From contig CANKIK010000006.1 of the NCBI GenBank assembly GCA_947481985.1, positions 13,382 through 77,381 of the forward strand: DNA of 64,000 nt, given 5' to 3'. The stretch comes from Planctomycetaceae bacterium. GTDB taxonomy: Bacteria; Planctomycetota; Planctomycetia; Pirellulales; UBA1268. Position 1 is the stretch's first letter. Each line of letters opens with the position of its first letter. The notes below the pieces were generated by a model that saw only the letters and a list, made by a program, of their open reading frames with translations, ran no database searches and was not told the origin of the DNA. A program made the position numbers and the translations under genes. Positions 19,776-28,928 of this stretch are shown one piece after another.

Positions 19776-20995
19776 AGCTGCAACACACTTTTCTGAGGAA
19801 CGTTCGCATGCCCCCGCCCACGGCAGGGGATCACGCCGGCCGGCCTCAAGGCGCCGGCCCGTCATCACCAGGGATACTCGGTAATGGGGACCACTCGACA
19901 CGAAGCACGACGGTCAACTGTTCTGGCCGATCCAAAACAACACAGTCAGGGATTACCCGGATAACCGGGCTGTATGACCATCCCCAAAAAACATTTCGGG
20001 AAACATCTCGGGAACATTGTCCAGCCAGCGTTGAGCCATCCGGCGGCGGATCCGCGTGGGGTGAGAGCGCCTCAAAAAGGCAGCAAGGGTCACCCGGCGA
20101 CCAAACCGGTCTATCCGGAGGAGTCAGCGAGAGAGAGACGAAATCCAACTTTGGTGGTACCACCAGTCGACGATGAGGTCACTGGTGTGGATTAGTGATG
20201 GCGGATGTCCCGATCAAGCCACGCATGAGCACGCATGAGCACAGCAAGCCAAGCATGTGAGCACACCAAGACCTGACGCCACCCTTAAAAAGCCCCCGTG
20301 ACAGGCACTTGCCCAACAAGCCCCATGGAAATCCCCCATGGAAATCACCAGTGGGCGCCCCAAGGGAAATAGACGCGGAACAGCCCCACTGAGGGATGAA
20401 ATCCGATCGATCATCCCCCGGAACGTGTCAGCAACCAGCACTGTCAGAAAACAACACTGCAACAAACCCTGCCGCACAGGCGTTGCCCGCAACCGATCGC
20501 ACTGGCTCGCTCACAAAGAAACAAGCCGTTGATCGAAACCGGAATCGGACAGGAAAACCCTGACCGGACCGGAAGCAGGAACGGTCCGTGCAACGGACCA
20601 GTTTCCATTCAATCCAGCGGGAACACCCGGCTGGGAATATCTCTGCGGCCCAGGTTTCCTGGAATTTCCCTGGAGTCCCAGGAAACTGACCCAGCAAGCC
20701 CATGCTGCAAACGATGACAACAGTATCCGGAGCGTCGTTCGGTGTGTCAAGCCACCAGCCATATCGATCTGGGGCAATACCCGGGCACGGCGAACCAAAA
20801 GCGGCCTCATCGCGTCACCTCGCCTGTCGGCTTGAAGCCTGGTAGCCCGGGGGATTGAGGCGGGATGGAAAGAGCGGCCGGCAGAAGAACCGGAAAATCG
20901 ATGCGACTTCCCCATGCCAATCGACCGATACAGATCGGGATGACCGGCACCGCTCCCGGGACCGGCATCACCTCCCGACCGAGGCTCCTGTTGCC
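19776..20995. promoter_or_regulatory. unusually long (~1.2 kb) divergent intergenic region between rho and the Trx-like/YHS gene; A+C-rich and T-poor on the plus strand, with short tandem duplications and hairpins
   Basis: No convincing ORF. 10-bp x2 duplication at 20221-20240 (acgcatgagc). 13-bp x2 duplication at 20311-20336 (ccccatggaaatc). 14-bp perfect palindrome tggtggtaccacca at 20152-20165. Competing stems ggaccg/cggtcc/cggacc at 20566-20599. Long imperfect hairpin caggtttcctgg...ccaggaaactg at about 20651-20688. Confidence 0.5.
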
Positions 20996-22369
20996 ATGCT
21001 CACCCCCACGCACCTTCGGCTTCGACGAATCACCTCCACGATGAGCTGGGGCTGGGTGGTATTGATGGTCTTTGCGGTGCCGGGGATGGCAAGCGCCGCT
21101 GTCCCTTGGCATCCCGATCTGTCCCAGGCCAAGGCCGCTTCGCAGATCAGCAGGCGACCGGTCCTAATCCTATTCACGGCAACTTGGAGCGAGGCGAGCT
21201 CCGCCGCTGACAAATCATTTCTGGCGACAGATGAGGCAGTCGCCCTGCTCACTGCCTGCTACGAACCGGTGCGGATCGACGTCGACGCCGATCCTGAGAC
21301 CCATCGCCGCCTGGGCATCTCCCACCTGCCAAGCGTCTGCGTCGTCGATGCCGACGAACGGCTCCTCGCCCGCTTCGATTGCCCCCCCACGCCCGCGGGT
21401 TTCGTGGCCGCGGCCGGCAGGGCCGCGCAGGATGCCGCCTTTGCCGCCGCCGGGCTTGCCGCCGCCCAGTCTCCCTCCCCCGCGCTGCCGTCCCCACCGG
21501 CATCCGATCCTAGGAGCAAGCCTGACGCGGGATCGTCGACGACCACTCCTGCCGCGGCCGATTCGCCACTTCCCTCCGCCCCCACCCTCCCCACCACGCC
21601 GCCGCAGTGGGCAGCGGAGACCGTCACCACGCCAATGGGCGCAGCAGAACCAGCGTCAACCTCCGTTGCCCCACCGACCGCCATCGCAGCACCTGCCACC
21701 ACGCCACAGGCGGCACTGGAACCGGCCCCAGCGCCCGCGGCTCCTGCGGCCGGCACCGGGGGCTTGAGTGCTGCACTGCCAAATTGGCTCAACCCGCGGG
21801 TCACGCCAGCGCCCCAGGCAACCACCCCGCCCACCGATCAGGCTTCGCCCCCGGCCGCGAAGAAGCCCAATGCCTTCTGGGCGACGGTGCAAAAACCGTT
21901 CAGTGGATTGGTGCGAAAAACGGTGCCGGCCACCGTCCCCGACCCTCCCTCCCAGATGCCCTCGACCGATGCCCCGGTCCCCAATGCCGATCCGCAGGCA
22001 CCGATGCCGGTGGGACTTGAGGGCTACTGCGCGGTGACGCTCCATGAGCAGAAGCAGTGGGTCGAGGGACGGGCGAAGTGGGGCGTCCGCCATCGTGGAC
22101 GCACCTACCTGTTCGCCGGGCCTGCGGAGCAAAAGTCTTTTCTTGCCGATCCCGATCGCTATGCCCCCGGCCTGTCGGGGGACGATCCGGTGGTCGCCAT
22201 TGATGGGAGCCGCCAAGTCGCCGGTCAGCGGCAGTACGGTGTGACCTATCAAGACAAGGTCTATCTCTTCTCGTCCGCCGAATCACGATCCGCGTTTACT
22301 GCCAATCCGCAGAAATACACCACACGGGTTCAGGTCGCTGAACAGTCCGGTAGCAGCACGGTCCGCTGA
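20996..22369 (+). CDS. secreted thioredoxin-fold-like protein lacking CxxC, with a Pro/Ala/Thr-rich linker and two C-terminal YHS-like repeats
   Basis: Signal MSWGWVVLMVFAVPGMASAA. RPVLILFTATWSEASSAAD where W-C-x-x-C would be expected. C-terminal GYCAVTLHEQ...RGRTYLFAGPAEQKSFLADPDRYAP and GDDPVVAIDG...YQDKVYLFSSAESRSAFTANPQKY. ATG at 20996 (alternative at 21041). Confidence 0.65.
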   Translation: MLTPTHLRLRRITSTMSWGWVVLMVFAVPGMASAAVPWHPDLSQAKAASQISRRPVLILFTATWSEASSAADKSFLATDEAVALLTACYEPVRIDVDADPETHRRLGISHLPSVCVVDADERLLARFDCPPTPAGFVAAAGRAAQDAAFAAAGLAAAQSPSPALPSPPASDPRSKPDAGSSTTTPAAADSPLPSAPTLPTTPPQWAAETVTTPMGAAEPASTSVAPPTAIAAPATTPQAALEPAPAPAAPAAGTGGLSAALPNWLNPRVTPAPQATTPPTDQASPPAAKKPNAFWATVQKPFSGLVRKTVPATVPDPPSQMPSTDAPVPNADPQAPMPVGLEGYCAVTLHEQKQWVEGRAKWGVRHRGRTYLFAGPAEQKSFLADPDRYAPGLSGDDPVVAIDGSRQVAGQRQYGVTYQDKVYLFSSAESRSAFTANPQKYTTRVQVAEQSGSSTVR

Positions 22370-22390
22370 TAGCAACGGCGCCCATGGTCA

Positions 22391-23956
22391 TCAACCGCGG
22401 GGAACAGCCCAACGGCCCGCACGGCCCACGGCGTCATCCCAGGAAGCGGTCATCCGCCGCCGCACGGCGGCGTCGATCGTGGGTGTGAACACCCGCTCCA
22501 CCCGCCGGGCCTCCGCCACGGCTGCTGCTGACGGATAGAATCCGCTGGCCAGGCCGGCCAGCAACGCAGCCCCCAGTGCAGTGGTCTCCAGAACCACAGG
22601 GCGTTCCACAGGTCGATCGAGAACATCGGCCTGGATCTGGAGGAGGAGGTCATTGCCGCTGGCGCCGCCATCGACCCGGAGGCTCTGCAGGGGAACGCCG
22701 GCTGCCCCCTCGATCGCCCGGACCACGTCGGCCACCGACAGCGCGATCGCCTCCAGCGCCGCGCGAGCAATGTGGGCTCGGGTGGTGGCCCTGGTGAGGC
22801 CAATGATCAAACCACGGGCCGTGGGATCCCAGTGGGGAGTCCCCAGTCCAGCCAGTGCCGGTACCAACACGACGCCCCCCGTATCGGGCACACTGCGGGC
22901 CAGTGGCTCAATGTCCGCCGCCCGTTCGATGATCCCCAAGCCATCTCGCAGCCAACCAACAATGGCGCCGGCGATGAACACCGATCCTTCCAGACACCAA
23001 CTGACGCTCCCCGGGACGGCTCCACAGCCCACGGTGGCCAGGAGCCCCGGCGCCGCCAGCGGCCGCTGCGTACCGGTGGAGAAAAGCAAGAAGGCGCCGG
23101 TGCCGTAGGTGTTCTTGGCGGTGCCGGGCAGGACGCAGCCGTGCGCAAATCCAGCAGCCTGCTGGTCGCCGGCACAGCCAGCGATCCGGACCGCGGCCCC
23201 AAACACGCCGGCATCGGTGGTGCCAAAGTCACCAGACGATGGTCGCACCTCGGGGAGGATCGCCCGCGGCACATCGAACAGACGGCACAAGTCGTCGCTC
23301 CACTCCAGACGATCGATGTCGTAGAGCAACGTCCGGCTGGCGTTGGTGGGATCGGTGGCATGAACGCGTCCGCCGGTGAGCCGCCAGATGAGAAATGTGT
23401 CGACTGTGCCGAAGAGGATCCGACCAGCCTCGCAAGCCACCCGCAAGCCCGGCATGGTCTCGAGGAGGTGCATGATCTTCGTCGCGGAGAAATAGGGGTC
23501 GAGGAGCAGTCCGGTGCGCCGTCGCACCTCTTCCTCGAGGCCTGCGTTTTTCAATCGCTGGCAGATCCCCGCCGACACCCGGCTCTGCCAGACGATCGCC
23601 GGGCTCACTGGCTGGCCGCTGACTCTGTCCCAGAGGATCGTCGTCTCGCGTTGGTTGGTGATACCGATCGCGGCCAACCGTGCCGGAGCCAGTCCCGCGC
23701 GGGCCACGACGTCGCGGGCGCAGCCAAGTTGCGTCCGCCACAGGTCCTCGGGATCGTGTTCGACGACCGCCAGATCGGCCTCCGGTCCAGTCCCTCCATC
23801 CCCCGCGGCCGTGGCATTGCGGAGGTGCTGGGGAAACTCCTCCTGAGCTGTGGCCACCGGCAGTCCGCGGCGATCGAAGAGGATCGCCCTGCTGGAAGTC
23901 GTTCCCTGATCGAGTGCCAACACGCAGTCTCGATCGCTGCCTCTGTCACCGTCCAT
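22391..23956 (-). CDS. glpK: glycerol kinase (FGGY family)
   Basis: LALDQGTTSSRAILFD, GITNQRETTILWD, GCAGDQQAA, GTGAFLL and LRVDGGASGNDLLLQIQAD. Start at the ATG at 23956, overlapping the glpD stop by 11 nt. Confidence 0.9.
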   Translation of the reverse strand: MDGDRGSDRDCVLALDQGTTSSRAILFDRRGLPVATAQEEFPQHLRNATAAGDGGTGPEADLAVVEHDPEDLWRTQLGCARDVVARAGLAPARLAAIGITNQRETTILWDRVSGQPVSPAIVWQSRVSAGICQRLKNAGLEEEVRRRTGLLLDPYFSATKIMHLLETMPGLRVACEAGRILFGTVDTFLIWRLTGGRVHATDPTNASRTLLYDIDRLEWSDDLCRLFDVPRAILPEVRPSSGDFGTTDAGVFGAAVRIAGCAGDQQAAGFAHGCVLPGTAKNTYGTGAFLLFSTGTQRPLAAPGLLATVGCGAVPGSVSWCLEGSVFIAGAIVGWLRDGLGIIERAADIEPLARSVPDTGGVVLVPALAGLGTPHWDPTARGLIIGLTRATTRAHIARAALEAIALSVADVVRAIEGAAGVPLQSLRVDGGASGNDLLLQIQADVLDRPVERPVVLETTALGAALLAGLASGFYPSAAAVAEARRVERVFTPTIDAAVRRRMTASWDDAVGRAGRWAVPRG

Positions 23957-25748
23957 GCCTTGGCTCCTTTTCTGGATAGTCCGTGTCCTGCCGGGAAAGT
24001 GGATCGACGTGCCCTTCCCCTGTGTCGCCACGGAGTTGCTTCCCATACCGCTGCTTGAGCGTGGCGGTCATGGTGGCGATTTCGCCTTCTACCGCGTCGG
24101 ACTCCATGGCACCGGCGCGGACCATGGCGTCGGCCACGGCACGGAGCGTACGCGATGCGAGGTCGGGATCGAAGGCGAGCATCAACCGGCGTTCGATGAG
24201 ATCATCGAGTGTCGTGGCCCATTCACTGGCAAGGCAGTAGTGGACAGCCGCCGTCGGAAGCCAGGATCCGGCCAGCAGTCCCCCTTCCATGCCAATCAGT
24301 TCAAGCGCCGCTGTGCCCAACAGATCCACCGTCGCCCGAGCCGCTTCTTTGGCCTCGGCCGGCTCCAATCCAGCGTCCTCGAGCCAAGCAGCAACGGGCG
24401 ACTCGATGCGTTCCCTGGCCGCTGCCGAAACGGCCCCCGGCAGCGGCCGGTCCCGCGATGTGGCTGTCACGGGCATGGAGAGCGCCGTGAGGATCTCGGC
24501 TGCGGCGGACTCGGCCAGACTCCGGCAGGTGGTCAGCTTGCCCCCCACGATCGACCACAGCGGCAGCGGAGCCCCGGCACGGCGGACAATCATGTGCCGT
24601 CGCGTGATCCCGGCCGGAGCACCGTCGGTCGCCGGCAGCGGCCGCACACCGCAGTAATGCTGCACGACGTCGCTGCGTCGGGGGGCCACCGCCGGGAAGA
24701 GGACTCCCACAGCGGCCAGCAAGTAGTCGATCTCGGCGTCGTCAGCCCGCGCGGTGGCGGGATCGCCGCTGAAGGGGATGTCGGTCGTTCCCACAAGCAC
24801 CAAACGCCCGCCGAAGGGCAGGACAAACATCGGGCGCCCATCGGCAGCCTCGGCATACACGCCCCGACTCCCCAGCGCACGACGCAACTGCGAACTGTCG
24901 ATGAGCAGGTGGCTCCCCTTCGTTCCCCCGATCAGGCGGCGTTGCTCACCACCGGTTCTCTCCGGCAGGAGTTCGCCAAGCGTCCGATCAACCCATGCCC
25001 CGGTGGCATTGACGAGGCTCCGCGGCGCGAGCAGCAGCGCCGCGCCGGCATCCCCAAGGCCCATGCCACTCATGCCACTCATGACCCGGAGTCGACCATC
25101 GGCCTCCAGGCGAGCGCCGGCCCGTGTGATCACGGCGAACGGGATGCCGCGGGATGCTGCAATCCGCCGCGCATCGATCAGCAGTTCGACGGTGAACCGC
25201 TCCGGGAAGAGCATCTGAGCGTCGGTGTACAGGCAGGCTTGCGGATAGCGGGCTGCGTCCACTCCCGGCATACCGGGCAATCCGGCCCGCACCATCCGAT
25301 GCCGAGGCCATGCCGATCCCCACGACAACAGGTCGTACATCGTCAGCCCCGCCCCCACCGTCCACGCGCCGCGGCCGCGCCGACTGGCACACCGCTTGGC
25401 CATCGACTCCCACCCCAGGATCCGCGCCGCGGCTGACAGCAGTCCACCGAATCGTCCCCGGACCGGCACATAGAACCCCAGCGGCTGCACCAAGTGGGGC
25501 GCCAGCCGTACCAACCGCTCCCGCTCCAGCAGGCTTTCGCGAACCAGCGAGACCTCTCCATACTCAAGGTACCGCAGCCCGCCGTGTACCAGCCGCGATG
25601 ACCACGAGGTGGTGCCGGAAGCGATGTCTCCCGCCTCGATCACCGTCACGCTAGCGCCGTTGAGGACCAACTCGCGGGCCAAGCCCGCGCCATTGATGCC
25701 GGCCCCAAGCACCACGACATCGGGAGCGGAGTGGTGCACACTGTTCAT
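23946..25748 (-). CDS. glpD: FAD-dependent glycerol-3-phosphate dehydrogenase/oxidase
   Basis: DVVVLGAGINGAGLARELVLNG, TSWSSRLVHGGLRYLEYGE. Located upstream of glpK on the same strand. Start set at the ATG at 25748 (MNSVHHSAPD...). Confidence 0.85.
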   Translation of the reverse strand: MNSVHHSAPDVVVLGAGINGAGLARELVLNGASVTVIEAGDIASGTTSWSSRLVHGGLRYLEYGEVSLVRESLLERERLVRLAPHLVQPLGFYVPVRGRFGGLLSAAARILGWESMAKRCASRRGRGAWTVGAGLTMYDLLSWGSAWPRHRMVRAGLPGMPGVDAARYPQACLYTDAQMLFPERFTVELLIDARRIAASRGIPFAVITRAGARLEADGRLRVMSGMSGMGLGDAGAALLLAPRSLVNATGAWVDRTLGELLPERTGGEQRRLIGGTKGSHLLIDSSQLRRALGSRGVYAEAADGRPMFVLPFGGRLVLVGTTDIPFSGDPATARADDAEIDYLLAAVGVLFPAVAPRRSDVVQHYCGVRPLPATDGAPAGITRRHMIVRRAGAPLPLWSIVGGKLTTCRSLAESAAAEILTALSMPVTATSRDRPLPGAVSAAARERIESPVAAWLEDAGLEPAEAKEAARATVDLLGTAALELIGMEGGLLAGSWLPTAAVHYCLASEWATTLDDLIERRLMLAFDPDLASRTLRAVADAMVRAGAMESDAVEGEIATMTATLKQRYGKQLRGDTGEGHVDPLSRQDTDYPEKEPRHGR

Positions 25749-26021
25749 CCCTGTCCGTCCCCTTGTTCCCAGCGTCCTCCGTGAGGCACATCGGCCACTA
25801 TACTCCTCTCCGAACCAATCCCGGCCCCTGCCAGGCGACTCCCCGCCATGCACACTTCTCCCACTCTTCGCTGCCGGTGGAAAAAGTCATTCCGGACCTT
25901 TTTCCACTTAGGACACCGCCGTTTTTCTCGGGGATGGCGGACTCGTGACCGCCTCCTGGGGCGAATTCCAACAGTCTCTCCACAGCCTCTTTGCCGCCCC
26001 GCACACCCATCGGCTCGGACG

Positions 26022-27089
26022 ATGATCGCGGCGGTCTGCTGGCTCCTCGTGGTCTCCATGGCGGACGGTGTGGCCCAACCGGCGGCGAAGGCCCGCGACG
26101 GCTCGGTGAAGGTGCCGCGGCCGCCGCGGGATGCGCGGATCACGGCGACATGGACGGGCATCGAGTTGGGGGCACTGGGCGGACGACTGGGGGAAGTCTG
26201 CGGCCGGCCGGTGGTCATCGATCGCCGTATCGACCCACAGAGCCGGATCTCGCTGGTCGCCACCGAGATGGCCCCGGACGCGGTGCTGGAATCGGTCGCC
26301 CGCCAGGCTGGAGCGAGCTGCGCCATTCTCCCCGAGGTAATCCGCATCACTCCCCAGGGCACCGCTGCACGCCTGGTGGCAGCCGATGTCCGGCGACGCC
26401 GGGAAATCTCCGCATTGCCTGGGACGCTCCGCGACCTGGCGACCGCCCGGGCCCCTTGGAGCTGGCCAGCCGGAACCACTCCCCGCGACCTCCTGTCCAG
26501 ACTCGCCACTGATTCGGAGCTTGAGTTGCTCGGCTTGGAGCAGCTCCCTCACGATCATTTCCCCGCCGCCAATCTCCCCCCCCTGCCGCTGGCAGACCGC
26601 CTCGATCTGCTCTTAGCCCACTTCGACATGCGGGTGGCCTGGAAATCTGTCCGGCTCCCTCAGAATGGCCAGCCGCTGTGCCTCAACGTGGTGCCGATCG
26701 ACGGTCCAGCGGCCCAGCGGAGCGATTCTCCAGACGCCACCGAGAACGTCCACGGCGGGACAGTCGTCGTCAAAGCCCCGGGCAGCCGCCTGACTGTGCC
26801 GGCACCACAGACCGCACCGACCACTCAAGCGGCCCCTGCCGGCGACACCTTCTCGCTGACGGTGGCTGCTCCGCTGGAGCAACTGCTGATCACGGTGGCG
26901 ATGCGTCTGGGGCTCGACCTCAAACTCGACCGGGAGCAACTGCGTGCGAAGGGAATCGCAGCCGGCGAGATCGTGCGGGTCGAGATTCACGATGCGTCCC
27001 GCGACGCCCTGCTCGACGCCATCGTGGCGCCCCTGGATCTGGTGTGGGAGATCCGTGCTGGAGCGCTCGTAGTCGGGCCCCGGCCGTAA
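26022..27089 (+). CDS. secreted hypothetical protein with two STN-like (secretin/TonB short N-terminal-like) segments
   Basis: Signal MIAAVCWLLVVSMADGVAQP. Repeated pattern LGALGGRLGEVCGRPVVIDRRIDP...APDAVLESVARQAG and LEQLLITVAMRLGLDLKLD...SRDALLDAIVAPLDLVWEI. Family assignment is by eye only. Confidence 0.55.
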   Translation: MIAAVCWLLVVSMADGVAQPAAKARDGSVKVPRPPRDARITATWTGIELGALGGRLGEVCGRPVVIDRRIDPQSRISLVATEMAPDAVLESVARQAGASCAILPEVIRITPQGTAARLVAADVRRRREISALPGTLRDLATARAPWSWPAGTTPRDLLSRLATDSELELLGLEQLPHDHFPAANLPPLPLADRLDLLLAHFDMRVAWKSVRLPQNGQPLCLNVVPIDGPAAQRSDSPDATENVHGGTVVVKAPGSRLTVPAPQTAPTTQAAPAGDTFSLTVAAPLEQLLITVAMRLGLDLKLDREQLRAKGIAAGEIVRVEIHDASRDALLDAIVAPLDLVWEIRAGALVVGPRP

Positions 27090-27111
27090 CCAGGCTGCCG
27101 AGGCGATGGGC

Positions 27112-28452
27112 TCAATTGCCGCTGGCGGAGGAACGGCCTCCCGCAGGCCTCCCCAGCACCCGGCCGGCGGGAACCAGTTCCGCGGCGGGTTGTTTGTGCA
27201 GCACCGATCCCGATCGCCCCGTGCGGGCACGGAGCGCGTCAAGATTCTTTCGCGCCCCCGGATGCTTGGGATCGATCCGCAGCACTTCGGAATAGGAGTC
27301 GCCGGCATGGGCGTATTCCGCCTGCCGTGCCTGCGCCACGCCGCGGTTGAACCATGCCTGGGCGTTGCGGGAATCGTGCCGGATTGCCTGATCGAAGTCA
27401 GACTCGGCCTTGGCTGGTTCGTCGGTGGCGAGGTATGCCAAGCCGCGGTTGAGGTAGGCCAAATCATAGGTGCGGTCGCGGCGGATCGCCGAGGAATACG
27501 CACTGATCGCCTCGAGTGGTCGACCGATTTCTATCAGCGTCAGACCGCGCCACAACTCCGGCCGCGGATCGTCGTAGCCGATGCCGGCCGCGTCCTCGAA
27601 ATCTTCAAGGGCGATACCGTGACGCCCGATGTGGAACCAAGCGATCCCCCGCCGCAGATAGAGTTCCGGATCGGTCGGGTCGATCCGCAGCCCCGTCGAA
27701 CAAGCATCCACAGAACCCTCGAAATCCCCCATGTGCCGAGCGACGACTCCCAGAGCAAGCCACGCCAGGGGCATCTTCGGCGACAACTTGATCGCTTCCT
27801 GGATCGTGTCCTTGGCCTCTTGGTACTTCCCGGCGCGGTCCAGTTTTTCCGCTTTCACAAGCAGTTGGCCGGCCGGTGATTCATCGACCTCCTCCTCTTC
27901 GTCGTCGTCGAGGACGTCCGGAAACGGCAGCAGGTCATCCATGCCGCGGCCGAGCGGCCTGACCCCCGGACGGGTCCGGGGGGCTGCCGCCTTGTCCAAG
28001 TCGTCGGCTGCGTCCTCTGCTGCTGCTCCCTTGTCCTTCAATCCCGGGACAACGGCCGGAGCCCCGGGCACGGTCTTCTCTGGGAATGGCAGAGGCAACT
28101 TCGCTCTCCCCTCGGCACCCGGCCGATTCGGAACCGGCTTCCTGCCTTCGGCTTTGCCGAACGGGTTGAGTTCGTCGGCGAAGGGATCATCGACGACGTT
28201 CTCCTTTAACGTCTGGGCCTGAGCAAGTTGGTTGGGCGCCGCAATCGCCCCCGCCGGGCCGGCCAGCACCAGTTCTGCCTCGGCGACGGAAGCGGAGGGG
28301 GCTTCGGGCAACGGCCCGCTGCCTCTGGCCTCAATGGCCGCAAGCATCGCCAGTATGCAACCACCCGCACGGAGCACTCCCAAGGCGCTCCCGCTCGGTC
28401 GCGGCCCTGCAGTCAAGCGGTGGAGGGGGGGAAGGGTCATCGTGATCGTCAT
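27112..28452 (-). CDS. secreted tetratricopeptide-repeat protein
   Basis: Signal-like N-terminus, acidic linker (DDEEEEVDE), then several TPR units (AGKYQEAKDTIQEAIKLSPKMPLAWLALGVV..., LAYLNRGLAYLATDEPAKAESDFDQAIRHDSRNAQAWFNRGVA...). Confidence 0.8.
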   Translation of the reverse strand: MTITMTLPPLHRLTAGPRPSGSALGVLRAGGCILAMLAAIEARGSGPLPEAPSASVAEAELVLAGPAGAIAAPNQLAQAQTLKENVVDDPFADELNPFGKAEGRKPVPNRPGAEGRAKLPLPFPEKTVPGAPAVVPGLKDKGAAAEDAADDLDKAAAPRTRPGVRPLGRGMDDLLPFPDVLDDDEEEEVDESPAGQLLVKAEKLDRAGKYQEAKDTIQEAIKLSPKMPLAWLALGVVARHMGDFEGSVDACSTGLRIDPTDPELYLRRGIAWFHIGRHGIALEDFEDAAGIGYDDPRPELWRGLTLIEIGRPLEAISAYSSAIRRDRTYDLAYLNRGLAYLATDEPAKAESDFDQAIRHDSRNAQAWFNRGVAQARQAEYAHAGDSYSEVLRIDPKHPGARKNLDALRARTGRSGSVLHKQPAAELVPAGRVLGRPAGGRSSASGN

Positions 28453-28574
28453 CCGTCAAAGAGGGGAGCACCTTTCTTCAGCCATCGGCAAACCTCACGC
28501 GGGTTCCCCCGCTTCCACGCCCCTGCCCGACGCGGATGACACAATCGTTGCCATCGGTCACCGCAAGGTCGGTA

Positions 28575-28928
28575 TCACCCGACAAGCCCACCGAGGCGTT
28601 CTTGAATCCCCTCGCGGATCCTTCCCTTGAACAGCGCAGCAGCGACGGGCAGCTGCAGTTCCACAAGCAACTCCTCGAGGAGGATCTCCAGCGATCCGTC
28701 GAACTTCATCCCCGCCACGGCGAGGTTGAACCGCATTTTGTCGTCCCCCTCCCACTGGGCGGTGATCTCGCCGACCGACTGGGCATACTCCGACTGAGCC
28801 TTCACGAGCGCTTCGTCGAGCCGCCGCCTGACCTCTTCGGGCTCCAAGCCGTGGGGCACCCTGACTTCGAGATTCTTCACGACTGGTCCATCTCCGTGGG
28901 AGGAATGGGGGAGAAACGTGGGAGTCAT
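28575..28928 (-). CDS. small PHA_gran_rgn-like protein (putative polyhydroxyalkanoic-acid-system protein family)
   Basis: LEVRVPHGLEPEEVRRRLDEALVKAQSEYAQSVGEITAQWEGDDKMRFNLAVAGMKFDGSLEI...LFKGRIREGIQERLGGL fits the family pattern as remembered. The start overlaps the mfnB stop by 1 nt (TGATG). Exact start uncertain. Confidence 0.55.
   Translation of the reverse strand: MTPTFLPHSSHGDGPVVKNLEVRVPHGLEPEEVRRRLDEALVKAQSEYAQSVGEITAQWEGDDKMRFNLAVAGMKFDGSLEILLEELLVELQLPVAAALFKGRIREGIQERLGGLVG

Noticed and set aside
19776-20900. Idea that the C-rich tract is a rut site for Rho autoregulation in the rho leader
   Set aside because: rho is on the minus strand, so its leader RNA would be the G-rich complement. 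The C-rich, G-poor RNA would only arise from plus-strand transcription toward the Trx-like/YHS gene.
19776-20995. Small ORFs (73-134 aa) in the rho upstream region, and the possibility of tmRNA, RNase P or 6S RNA
   Set aside because: The ORFs have poor, Cys/Arg/Pro-skewed composition and overlap one another. I found no tRNA-like end, no GGAAAGTCC-type RNase P core, and no other recognisable RNA signature by eye. The region is kept only as an unexplained regulatory or ncRNA candidate.
22772-25436. Long plus-strand ORFs (428 aa and 493 aa) antisense to glpK and glpD
   Set aside because: glpK and glpD have unmistakable family motifs on the minus strand. The antisense ORFs are Arg/Pro/Gly-rich with no motifs.
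25745-26509. 254-aa minus-strand ORF overlapping the start of the secreted STN-like protein gene
   Set aside because: Its composition is Arg/Ser/Ala-rich and featureless. The plus-strand ORF has a signal peptide and repeated globular modules.
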